A stretch of 63,806 nt of DNA, filler included, from Pelomyxa schiedti (GCA_020536535.1; 15 parts of 15 records of this genome joined end to end with filler, not necessarily neighbours in it); one strand, 5' to 3'. Numbered from the whole stretch's first letter, positions 12,017 through 23,194 are shown. Made by a program: numbers and translations. Notes: generated from the sequence alone by a model not told the origin.

Positions 12017-12032
12017 GTGATGAGCCTATGGG

Positions 12033-12288
12033 TGTGAGGAGTGATGGCCGATGGATTCAGGGAATCTCGCCGCGGTGATTGGGCGCCAAGTTGGCCAACT
12101 AATTATGGTCATTCACGGGAACGAGTGCGTTCAAGCTAACAGGCACCAGCCAACCGACCCACCTTATAAACCCCCTCTGTATCGTGTAAATAGTTAAGAC
12201 AAAGTTGTTATATAAGCAAACACAAACATATGAGAACAGCAACACTATTCAGTCCACAACGTCCCTCTCCTAGACCACCACTCTTACA
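12033..12288 (+). repeat. 5' LTR (256 bp, TGTGAG...CTTACA)
   Basis: Shared sequence with 18234 starts exactly at TGTGAGG. Ends CTTACA, 3 nt before the PBS. TATA-like TTATAAA inside. Confidence 0.9.
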
Positions 12289-12291
12289 AAC

Positions 12292-12304
12292 TGGTGGAGG
12301 TGCC
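12292..12304 (+). promoter_or_regulatory. Primer binding site complementary to a tRNA-Ala-type 3' end
   Basis: TGGTGGAGGTGCC is the reverse complement of GGCACCTCCACCA, the 3' end found in eukaryotic tRNA-Ala. Repeated at 18597-18609. Confidence 0.8.
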
Positions 12305-13496
12305 ATAGATCACCCAGTTGCTACACCACTGAGCTCAAGGCACCAATCTCGACAAGCTGAAGAGGATAATGGTCTGGCAGAGGTGGAAGGTGAAAACGCA
12401 GTGCTTGAAGAGGGAGAAGTAACAGAGGGTGGAGAAGAGGAAGTTAACAAGACTGTCAATGTTCAGCAGCTACGCAAGGAAATGAGAGAGGAAAGGAATG
12501 CGGAGTTGGGAGGCGTGAAGAACATGCTGACAGCCATTTCCCTAAAGCTGGGGATACCAGAATCACCCGATTCTTGGGTGGAGAATCTGTCGCAAAGGAG
12601 ATATCCGGTTCAAGCTGGCGAGCAAGGACTCTAGAGACAAAATCAAGCTTCCAGAGCTCGGACCTAATGAATTTAATGTCAGGCAATGGGTCGAACATGC
12701 AAAGATGTTTCTTACCCAGGTCTCAGAGCCGCAGGCTCTCTTGGCAATCTGCCATGCTGTCCGCGGCGAAGCAGTGAACATAGTGGCAAGAGCAGACCCG
12801 CAAACTGTGGAGAATGTACTGCAGAGCCTGGTGAACACTTTTGATGCGCGGCGGGGCATTGGTTTTACAGCCGGATTCACAGTGAACCCAAAGGAGGACT
12901 GGAATTCAATGCTTTGCAGGTTTGAGCGGCTGTACAAGGAGATGGACCCCCACGCTACTGACTACACCTTGATCCAGAATTTTCAGAAGCTCCTTCCCCA
13001 AGAGTGGATCCTCCGGATTGTTGAAATGCATGGCGTCGAAGGGGATATCTCGTTCCATACCTACACAGGTTGGGTGAAAAATTTATACATGTGCGAGCCA
13101 CATAAATTCCCTGCCACCCCAACACAAACTCATTATACACCCCCACTACAATCAAGTGCGGATCACATACAAGGCCAGCAATGGGGGATTCCTTCTCCAC
13201 CACCAGCGAGTTCAAATGTAAATTACTTTGGGGGGCGGCAGTCAACCATGGGTGACACACGAGAGTCAGTGAGTACAAGGGTGCAAGGGAATACCTTTCA
13301 GAGGAGAGCTCCTGGTCATCCAGGGAACTGGCGCGGAAGGCGTGTGAGGTTTGCGGACCAAGTATCAGGGCAAGTGATTTTGAGGAAGAAGCCATGCCAC
13401 TACCCTAACGTAATTTGCTACAAGTGCAAGGGTAAGGGGCACGTACAAAGAGACTGCCCTAATGTAGCAGCAGCTGAGCCCGGACGAAAAAACTAG
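12305..13496 (+). pseudogene. gag: gag with CCHC zinc knuckle, split by a 41-nt deletion at 12595/12596
   Basis: ORFs 12230-12634 and 12705-13496 (CYKCKGKGHVQRDC). The second copy at 18683-18958 reads through the same region in one frame. Confidence 0.85.
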
Positions 13497-13534
13497 GCCA
13501 ACCCCAGGATGCAGAAAGAGACTGCACCCAGGGG
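13487..13534 (+). promoter_or_regulatory. -1 programmed ribosomal frameshift signal (gag-pol)
   Basis: A AAA AAC heptamer (13487-13493) just before the gag TAG, 8-nt spacer, then stem-loop 13502-13534 (CCCCAGGATGCAG / CTGCACCCAGGGG). The -1 frame is open from the heptamer into pol. Confidence 0.8.
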
Positions 13535-16500
13535 CAGGATATCTCTACAGAACCCAGCCTACAGAAAGTAAGGAAAGGCATATTGAAGTTGGGGAATACC
13601 ACTAGTACAGTTCCGGGTGTGACAGAAGAGGAGCTGATGTTGGGAAAAGAACTGTGTGGAGGATGGAAGGATCAACGATGTAGGGCGATAAACCACCTGA
13701 AGCCGTACCGGCATAAGCCGCTCAGGCATGGTAGGGTGGCCCGCCTGAAGTTGACGTACCAACGATGTAGGATGAAGAACCACCTGAAGCCGTACCGGCA
13801 TAAGCCGCTCAGGCATGGTAGGGTGGCCCATCTGAAGTTGGGTGTTGTGCAACGATGTAGGGCGATAAACCACCTGAAGCCGTACCGGCATAAGCCGCTC
13901 AGGCATGGTAGGGTGGCCCGCCTGAAGTTGCTGGATGATGTCCAAAATCCTGCTGACGAGCAGGTGGCACTAAGTCTGAAGTGCCTTGATGGGGTGGTCG
14001 CTCCCCCTGTCTTGGCCGGTAGGACGCCGTGTGCCTTTGGAATAAATCATCCTGGGGAGAAAGATAGTCCCATCCTTCACATGGTAGGAGAGAGTGCGTT
14101 CACACCTATGTATGTAGAAGTAAGGGTAAAGGATATCAAGAGAGACGCATGTGTAGATACTGGCTCAGGTAGGTCATTGATCAGTAGGAGCTTGCTTGTA
14201 GAACTTGGTGATTTCAACGAGATTGCAACACGGGATAGTCTAGTAGCCGGGAAGACAGCCCTGGAAATCAAGAGTCAGGTGATGTTGCCACTGAAAATAG
14301 CGGGAAGGCACCTGGAATTCACCTTTGCTGTTGTGGAAAATCTTGATAATATTTTTATTCTTGGCAATGATTTTAGGGCTCACTTTCATGTAAGTATCCC
14401 AAGTACGAATTGTATAGATTTCCCTTGGAAGCGGGGTGTGCAATGCAGAACAGAGAAGAGACAAGGGAAGATATTGTTGGTGGCAAGAGAGGAGATTGTT
14501 TACCCAGCACGCTGTATCGTAATAGAGAGACTCCCAGTGAATGACGTGGAAGAACAAAGCTGCTACAGGATCGAACCTGTTGATGATCACGTTCTACTGG
14601 CAAGGGGCATAGGATCGGTGGCAGACCAAGGAACACTTCTGGTGAAGGTTGTGAATCCCAAGACTAAGGAAGTACGCATTCCCAAAGGCACTGTGCTAGC
14701 GGCAGTGAGCAAGATGGAAGAAAACGAACTGAGTGTATTCAACGTACAGGGGGAGTCAGCGTGGCCAGCAGAACATCATGGAAAAGAGTCTGCTTTTGAT
14801 CGACATGACTGGGATAAGGCATTGTCACACCTACCAAGGGTGGACAGGGAGATTGTCAAAAGAATCTTGATGAAGCATAAGAATTTGTTCGTGGAGAAAT
14901 TGGAGGCTGGGGCACACACCTCAATACCACGAGTGGCAGCCCATGCCATAGAAACTGGCTCTGCCAGGCCTGTCTCAGCATGGACCAGAAGGCTCAGCGA
15001 GGCTGAGCATACCTACATCAAGGGTGAGGTGCAGAAGTATTTGCAGTTGGGCATCATCAGACCGAGTTTCAGTGCCTGGTCCAGCCCTGTTGTATTGGCA
15101 CCAAAGAAAGATGGAACATTGAGATTTTGCGTCAACTATAGGAAACTTAATAATGTCACAAAGAGGGATGTGTACCCGTTGCCCAGCATAGAGGAGTGTC
15201 TGTCAATCCTGGGAAAGCAGAAGTATTTCACCTTGCTCGACCTTGTCAGTGGATATTGGCAGGTACCAATCACGGAGGAGGATAAAGAAAAGACTGCTTT
15301 CATCACCCGGAATGGCCTCTTTGAGTGGAATGTACTGCCATTTGGGCTGGCCAATGCACCCTCAACCTTTCAAAGGATGATGGATGTGGTTTTGACGGGA
15401 TTACTGTGGGAGGAATGTTTGGTCTATATAGATGATGTCTTGGTATTTGGTGATACACTTGACCAACATAATCAACGGCTTGCAAGGGTATTAGCCAGGC
15501 TGGAGGAAGCTGGTCTAAAAGTCAGGCTGTCAAAATGTCAGATTGCACAGGGCATGTTATTGTACCTGGGACATGTGATTTCAGCAGCCGGGATTCATAC
15601 AAACCCAGGACTAGTGGCTGCAGTGAGAAACTTCCCAGTCCCAACAACGCCAACAGAGGTGCAGAGCTTCATTGGGTTAGTGGGGTTCAGCCGTAGATTT
15701 ATCCCGAACTTCGCTAGTATTGCACGGCCCCTCATTGACCTATTTAAAGGGGATAAGGCAATGGTAGAGTTTGAGTGGGGAGAACCTCAGCAGGCCGCCT
15801 TTGACATGCTCAAAGCAGCGCTAGTTAACGCACCAATCTTGGGGTACCCTGATCGAAGCGAACCGTTCTACATTGAGTCCGATGCCAGTGGGATAGGAGT
15901 GGGAGCGGTCCTGTTTCAGGAAGTCAACAAAGTACGGGTCACAGTGGCTTACTGGAGCCGGGTGCTGACAACCAGAGAGCGGAACTTCGACACCCGAGAG
16001 CGGGAATGTCTTGCAGCTGTGGAGGCCATGAAACATTGGCGCAGCTACCTCCATGGAGCACAGATTGTGCTCTTCACGGATCACGCCAGTCTGAGGTACT
16101 TACTGGAGGCAAAAAATCTGTCTGGGCGCCTGGCTAGGTGGGCCCTGACGCTGATTCAGTACAACCCAGAAATTAAGCATAGACCAGGGACCTCCCTAGT
16201 AGTGCCACACACACTCTCACACTTCCCACTTGAACAGCAGCCCGTCCTCACTGTAACAAAAGAGAGTGCTCTAAAAGCAATGAGAAAAGCACAGAAGTTG
16301 GATAGTACCTGCAAGAATATTCAGCAACTTCTGCAAGGAGGAGATGTGCAAACCACAGATAAAGCGTGGGTCAAGGAATTGTGGCAGAACAAAGATAATT
16401 TCTTGCAGCTGGATGATGGCCTGCTATACAAGTGGGTGTTTGTAAATAAGAGATCCCCACCAACCTTATGTCCAGTCCTACCAGAGAGCCTGAAGATGGA

Positions 16501-18195
16501 TACATTCCACAAGTACCACGATAGTCCACTTGCTGGTGGCCACCTCTCCTTTGCGCGAACCTATCAGAAGCTCTGCAGTAGATACTGGTGGCGGGGGATG
16601 GCCAAAGAGACATTAGAGTACTGCAAAACATGTGAGGAGTGCCAGCGGTATAAAGGGGCACCTCACCTGGCAAGAGGTACAGCCAAGAGTCTTCCAGCAC
16701 CAACAGGACCAAATGATGTTGTTGGGATTGACTACATTGGCAAATTAGTACGAACTAGACAAGGAAATCAATACATACTAGTGATTATAGACCACTTCAC
16801 ACACTGGCCTGCTGCCTTTGCAGTCCCATGTGCAGATGCTGCAACAACTGCAAGGATACTCATAGACCACTGGATTTGTGTGCGTGGGAGACCTAGGGTT
16901 CTTGTGTCAGATCAAGGGACTCATTTCTTAAATGACCTGGTGGAGGAAGTGAATGCCTTATTCCAAGTGGAGCAACGAAATTCCTCAGCCTACCACCCAC
17001 AGACAAATGGTCAGGTGGAACGGTTTAACAAAACACTCATGCAAATGCTTCGAATTTATGCAGACACTCACAAGAGGGAGTGGGATACATACCTTCAACC
17101 AATATTGCTGGCATACAGAACGAGTGTAAATCCAGTGACAGGAGAGACTCCTTTCTTCCTAGAGTTTGGGCGTGAGGCAGTGCTACCTGGAGATAGTAAT
17201 TACCAGTGGCGAGAAGAGGAGGCATCCCTGGATGAGGGGAAGAGACAGTGGATTCACAAACTCAGGGAGGCAAGGAATTTTGCCCAGATTTCAATCCAAA
17301 AAGCCAAGCTTAGGCAAGAGAATGAGATGCAAAGGAGGAGGGTACCTTTTGAATTTGAGATCAACACTAAGAAGAGCAGGAAGCAAGGAAGTTTGCTCCA
17401 CGCTGGGAAGGCCCTTTCAGAATCACAGAAAGATTCACGGAGAATCTGTACCAGCTGGAAAACGAGAGAGGGTTCCCACTCTTACAGCTAGTCCATGTTA
17501 ATAGGTTAAAGAAGTATGAGGAAAGGGGAAAGCAACCAGTGGACACACCACGTGTGCAGGACAATTTCAACCTTGACCTGGAACCTGAAGAAGTGTTTGA
17601 GGATCAGGAACACAGGCACAAAAGGTGGAAGGAGAAAGTGCTCAGGAGGAAAATGAACAAAGGGAGAACCACCATACATAAACAGATTGAAGGATACTCC
17701 AATGACCCACTAGCGGTTCGAAACAAAGGTGAGGACCCCACCGACATTGAGTGGCAGCCAGATGTTGGTGGTGATAGTGATGACTCCAGGGTGGACTCAG
17801 ACATAGACCAGAGCACCGACGTAGATGCCAACACGGACACCAATGCTGCAAAAAGCGACTCCGACACTCCGCGGCACAACGCCGACGCGGAAGCCGACGC
17901 CGATGTCGATGTCGATGTCGATGTCGATCCCGACGCCAACGCCAAAGGGGACACCAATGTTGCTAGAGCCGAACCCGACACTTCGCCACGCGGCGCGGAT
18001 GCCGATGCCGAGGCCGATGCGGACGAAGGCGTAACAACCGCACCGCCGACTCTACCACATACAAGAATTTCAACTTTGAACACGAAAGCAACCGCGGCAA
18101 CCGTAGCCACGCGACCAAAACGGAAAGTCCAGTTGCCAAGCAAGTACAAGGACTACTACCTACCAGGACACAACAAACACCGTCGAGTGTCATAG
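13487..18195 (+). CDS. pol: pol polyprotein (PR-RT-RNase H-integrase); integrase C-terminus frameshifted near 17355-17390
   Basis: VDTGSGRSLIS (protease), LRFCVNYRKLN and YIDDVLVFG (RT), ESDASGIGVGAVL (RNase H), H-x6-H..C-x2-C and IDYIG..SDQG..VERFN (integrase). KFAPRWEGPFRI (GPY/F motif) continues in another frame to the stop at 18195. Confidence 0.93.
13673..13930 (+). repeat. Three in-frame 87-90-bp tandem repeats in the pol N-terminus
   Basis: Units start at 13673, 13760 and 13850, encoding QRCR(AI/MK)NHLKPYRHKPLRHGRVA(R/H)LKL. Confidence 0.93.
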
Positions 18196-18218
18196 GGCGT
18201 GTGGGGACACACGCGTAC

Positions 18219-18230
18219 AAACAGGGGGGA
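18219..18230 (+). promoter_or_regulatory. Polypurine tract
   Basis: AAACAGGGGGGA, 3 nt upstream of the TGT starting the second LTR. Confidence 0.8.
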
Positions 18231-18454
18231 TGATGTGAGGAGTGATGGCCGATGGATTCAGGGAATCTCGCCGCGGTGATTGGGCGCCAAGTTGGCCAAC
18301 TAATTATGGTCATTCACGGGAACGAGTGCGTTCAAGCTAACAGGCACCAGCCAANNNNNNNNNNNNNNNNNNNNNNNNNNNNNNNNNNNNNNNNNNNNNN
18401 NNNNNNNNNNNNNNNNNNNNNNNNNNNNNNNNNNNNNNNNNNNNNNNNNNNNNN

Positions 18455-18958
18455 CCAACCGACCCACCTTATAAACCCCCTCTGTATCGTGTAAATAGTT
18501 AAGACAAAGTTGTTATATAAGCAAACACAAACATATGAGAACAGCAACACTATTCAGTCCACAACGTCCCTCTCCCAGACCACCACTCTTACAAACTGGT
18601 GGAGGTGCCATAGATCACCCAGTTGCTACACCACTGAGCTCAAGTTAACAAGACTGTCAATGTTCAGCAGCTACGCAAGGAAATGAGAGAGGAAAGGAAT
18701 GCGGAGTTGGGAGACGTGAAGAACATGCCGACAGCCATTTCCCTAAAGCTGGGGATACCAGAATCACCCGATTCTTGGGTGGAGAATCTGTCGCGAGTAA
18801 GTGAAAGAAATGTGCGAATTACATTCCCAAATTGCAGAGGAGATATCCGGTTCAAGCTGGCGAGCAAGGACTCTAGAGACAAAATCAAGCTTCCAGAGCT
18901 CGGACCTAATGAATTTAATGTCAGGCAATGGGTCGAACATGCAAAGATGTTTCTTACC
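18455..18958 (+). mobile_element. Second copy of the same Gypsy family: LTR 3' half, PBS and 5' gag
   Basis: The LTR end at 18593 is followed by the PBS (18597) and gag. It lacks the equivalent of 12340-12443 but has an extra 41 nt (18797-18837). Confidence 0.85.
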
Positions 18959-19058
18959 NNNNNNNNNNNNNNNNNNNNNNNNNNNNNNNNNNNNNNNNNN
19001 NNTTAATTAATTAANNNNNNNNNNNNNNNNNNNNNNNNNNNNNNNNNNNNNNNNNNNN
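18959..19058. other. Artificial scaffold linker 44N-TTAATTAATTAA-44N (first of 14)
   Basis: Identical structure starts at 18959, 23733, 35400, 36554, 38614, 45044, 46816, 50335, 51795, 53264, 54912, 58609, 60930 and 62294. The 12-mer puts stops in all six frames. Confidence 0.97.
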
Positions 19059-19556
19059 AGCCCTGGTCCCCCGCTCGCCACCGCCGTCGCGGTCGCGGTC
19101 GTAGTCGTCAGAGTACAGCCGCATGCGCCTGGTCTCCTCCACCAGCCTCCTCTCCCCTGCGCCCTTCTCCTTCTCCTTCTCCCCTGGCCCCCTTCCCTGC
19201 CCCTCCTCCTTCTCATTCTGAGCCGAAGATCCCGCGCCCGCGTCGCCCGTGCCCATTGCAATATCAGGCTCTGGCTCCGCTTCCTTGGTTGTGGCCCCTT
19301 GGTCGCCTTTCCCCTCGGTAGCTTTGGGTCCATCGGGCTTGGAGTCGGTGTTGCTGGGGGGCCGAGGGAGGGCGAGGGGGCAGCGGCGGGGGTCGTGGGG
19401 GGCGATGTGGCGCCACCACGAGTCGACGAGGTACTGGGAGATCTGAGTGGTCTTGCCGCACCCGGTCTCGCCCACGACCACGACGGCCTGGTTGTCCCGC
19501 ACCGCGTCGAGGATCGCCTCGCGGTACGCGGCTATCGGCAGCCGACCGGACGACAT
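19059..19556 (-). CDS. DEAH-box RNA helicase, N-terminal fragment (cut by scaffold end)
   Basis: [43 protein letters not shown] is the canonical DEAH pre-motif I plus motif I. Confidence 0.8.
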
Positions 19557-19929
19557 CGTCGTAGTCGCCGCGCTCGTGTCACACGCAGTACCTACTGTGC
19601 TGCTGGTCATCACACCTCGTATTGTTCGTCGAATTTCTGTTATTCCACGCCGCATGTAGCGAAGGGATAACTCAATCTGTGTGCGATTCTGAAATGTTCC
19701 CCTTGTGAAATTTGTACTAGTACTTGTGACACCCCTGCAACAAACACAACAGCAGCAGAAACAACAAATACAGAGGAGACAAATGAAAACGAACCCACAC
19801 TGCCTGTTGGGTTGTTTGTTGTGCCAAGGGGCAACTTATCAAGGCTGATGGGAGGTAAGCGTGGCAATGGGAAGGCGGATTTTTTTTTTACTGTACTAGT
19901 GCAGCTGTATATGATTCATGTAAATATTG

Positions 19930-21000
19930 TTTCCAGAAAAGTCCGGATTCTGTATCTAAGGGCCAAGCAAGAATATGACACAGAGACGGACCGCTGGTAC
20001 TTCCATTCCTTCGAGGCAGCAGCTCAAAAACGGTGAGGAATACATAATTGCAAGAAGTATCTGCAATCAGCTCAGAAATCGGTTTCCCACTTCTAACTTC
20101 TGTATTCCTCATCACAAACAGTTGTAATGCACCGGGATCATGAGAGCCATTCTCTGAGGCAAGAACCCGCAATAAAATCATACAATCCCGGAATTGTTAC
20201 CTTCGCATACCCGTATGAAATTGCTCAGTACAATCACCACAGTAAATCAAGACTGCTTACGTGTGTGCCAAACGCTCTGCCGGGTGAGTATCTTATATAC
20301 TGATATGTTTCATTTGCACCATTTAGCTCACTACGAACTCAGAGTTATTCTACAAGCCAATTGCCGATAACTTGCTGGAGCCCCGTGAGATTAAATTCCT
20401 TGTTGCCGGGTACATGGCATGTTGGCTGTATCCTCTGCGGTGCCGCTTCAAGGACATTGTTGAGCAGAAATTAGTGCCTGGAGACGTTAGAAGTCACCCG
20501 GGATATGTTTGTATGCAGTATCAGTCAATGTGACTGCAACCTAATCAAATTCAACAGCTGGGAATTTGGAATCGGTGCAGCGGCAGACCCAGCAGTACGC
20601 GGAACATCTGCAACGCGCCAGGATTGTGGGATTCGGGTCACACCTTGGGTATCAGCTCAGCAAATCTGTTGAAGTCACTCTAGCCGGGGGTCTGATTGTT
20701 GGTGAAGTTCCATGGCAGGACGAAGCTTTCTGGAGGCAGATAGTAGTGGAGGTAGTCCATGACCATGAGGTTATAACCACCTTACCCAAAGGACAGGTTT
20801 ACGGCTCTATGTCCGTGGAAGAAATTGTGCGGACAATCAACTGGTGGCTGGAACATGACGATGAGAAGGATAGCGAGGGTCGCCAGGGCACAGGAACTAG
20901 TTGGTGCAAGATACACCAGGCAATGGTGGACCTCATACTGGAACAGCACAACATGTACCGGGATGGTGTCGTGGGTTGCACTGCCCGTATCAGTTTGTAA
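19930..21000 (+). CDS. Putative glycosyltransferase (YkvP/CgeB, Glyco_trans_1_2-like), multi-exon
   Basis: Exons read EIKFLVAGYMACWLYPLRCRF...HPGY and YAEHLQRARIVGFGSHLGYQLSKSVEVTLAGGLIVGE...IVRTINWWLEHDDE, resembling the C-terminal GT-B domain pattern Y...L.RARI....KY.E...AG. 5' end approximate. Confidence 0.5.
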
Positions 21001-21154
21001 ACAGGCACTGATTTTAGAACCTTTCTTCTCAATAGCAGTTCAGGGTTGAATTTTTGTGTTTTGTTGTTGGCATCATCACTCCACGATCAAATTGAAAAAT
21101 TGTTTGTTTGATTTTGATTGGACGACGGAACAGAAAAATAAAATAAACAGAGGG

Positions 21155-23041
21155 ATGGCAGCTACTACGTCGATAGGGGACATTGGGGGAGGATCTAGTA
21201 CTGTCAGTAGTAGCAGTGTTGCGGACAGTGGTGGGATAGGGACGTCACCGTTGTTGTTCTTCAATCAGCCTCTCGTACTAGACAACGTGCGCACCCGCAG
21301 TCACTTGCTTTTATTGTTTTAATTATTTCTTTGTGACCTTGGGAAACAGGGAACTGGCACAATCAAAGCGGATTTAGCTGGTGTCGAACACAAGCCAAAA
21401 CTTATCTTTTCTAACTGGTGAGGAGCCCTTTAAAAACTTTTTGTAGTCTTTCTTACCACATTTGCGTTGATACAGCGTTGGACGCCCTAAGCATGTAAGA
21501 GCAATGGCGGGAGCACTTGAAGGGGATCACTTTGTAGGGGAACGTGTAACCACAGACCTNNNNNNNNNNNNNNNNNNNNNNNNNNNNNNNNNNNNNNNNN
21601 NNNNNNNNNNNNNNNNNNNNNNNNNNNNNNNNNNNNNNNNNNNNNNNNNNNNNNNNNNNTTTTGTAGTCTTTCTTACCACATTTGCGTTGATACAGCGTT
21701 GGACGCCCTAAGCATGTAAGAGCAATGGCGGGAGCACTTGAAGGGGATCACTTTGTAGGGGAACGTGTAACCACAGACCTTAGGGGATTGCTCGCACTCT
21801 CCCACCCAATGACACATGGAATGGTTACAAACTGGACTGGTTAATATACATTTAACTTACTGCCAAAACTTACATTACATTACCTAGACATGGAAAAGGT
21901 CTGGAATTACACTTTTAACCGTTTGAAGATTCAATCTGACGAAGTACAGTTATCTTCCTTAATACTTTTATACCCTTACCATTTGTAGCACCCTGTTTTA
22001 CTCACGGAACCTCCTCTAACTCCACGCAACATGAGACAAAAATCAACGGAAATATTCTTTGAAACATTCAATTCCCCCGCATTTTTCACTGCTGTACAGT
22101 CAATTTTATCCATGCATGCACTCAAACCTTTCTAAAATACTGCTGACAGCTTTCAAAAGGTATTCTAGTGGTCATACCACTGGGCTCGTTTGTGACTGCG
22201 GAGACGGTGTAACACATGTTGGTGTGAATCTTCTTCTCTCACTCTCTAACACTAAAACACTCCTAGTACCGGTCGTTGAAGGTTTTGCAATTCCACACGG
22301 GATAATGCGGACTGACCTTGCAGGCAGGTAATATCTATTAAATATGACTGTCAAGTCAATATAACTAAAGCAATGCAGGGATGTAACGGAGCATCTACAT
22401 CTACTTCTACGGAAATCAGGATGTGTCTTTACAACTTCAGCAGAAATGGAGATTGTTCGTGAGATAAAAGAAAGTGCATGTTACGTCAGCGTAAAAACGC
22501 CCTCGGCCGACGATAAGCACAAGGAGGAGATAAAATACACCTTACCGGACCAGAGAGTTATTACTGTATGCAAATTGTCTCTACTGTTCCATTCACGTTG
22601 ATAGTTCAGCTTACAGACGAGCGATACCGGGCCCCCGAGCTTCTGTTCTCACCCGAGCAGATTGGGGACGAATCCCTTGGGATGGGCGATCTTGTATACA
22701 GTAGTGTTACTCGCGCTGACACCGACCTGCGTGGGCAGCTTTGGGCCAACGTGCTACTTTGCGGAGGTACAACTTTACTAGCAGGATTCGCACAGCGGCT
22801 CTTGGCCGAGATGAAAAAAAAGGCACCGCCAAACACCTACATCAAGATTTTCGCCTCCGCGGAAAGGCAATTCTCAGCCTGGTCCGGAGGTTCCCTTCTC
22901 GTCTCACTTGCTTCCTTCAAGGTACCTACCTTCTTTCACGTTACCTCACCATACTAACTAATAACCCAGAAAATGTGGGTTACCCGGAAAGAATACGACG
23001 AAGGTGGCCACGCGGTAGTCAACAGGAAGCTTCTCTTTTAA
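21155..23041 (+). CDS. ARP1: Actin-related protein 1 (centractin, dynactin subunit), multi-exon
   Basis: QPLVLDN|[25 protein letters not shown] (Arp1-specific), [61 protein letters not shown]. Contains an assembly gap with a duplicated flank. Confidence 0.88.
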
Positions 23042-23194
23042 ACCCACGAGCGCCCCACCTCACTCTCTTGAATCTGATCTGATCTGCACCTTCCTTTTGA
23101 AAACCGCGAAATCATGCACAAACACGAAGGGGTAAACGAATTCATCGATAAAAACAACAAAAAACCAAACAAAAAAAAACCTAAACAGCAACCG

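Larger units (their letters stand above)
12033..18593 (+). mobile_element. Ty3/Gypsy LTR retrotransposon, near full length, young but with frameshift lesions
   Basis: LTR-PBS-gag(CCHC)-PR-RT-RNaseH-INT-PPT-LTR. The first 121 bp of the two LTRs are identical; the second LTR is interrupted by an N gap (18355-18454). Confidence 0.96.

Noticed and set aside
12028-12032. Target-site duplication of the Gypsy element
   Set aside because: The true 3' flank is not present, because the second LTR runs into a gap and another copy.
19003-19014. TTAATTAATTAA palindrome recurring 14 times
   Set aside because: Always centred in 44N+44N. It is a synthetic contig linker, and gene neighbourhoods across these linkers were not interpreted.
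21439-21780. Apparent 121-bp tandem duplication inside Arp1
   Set aside because: Exact copies flank a 100-N gap (21439-21559 = 21660-21780), so this is an unmerged contig overlap.
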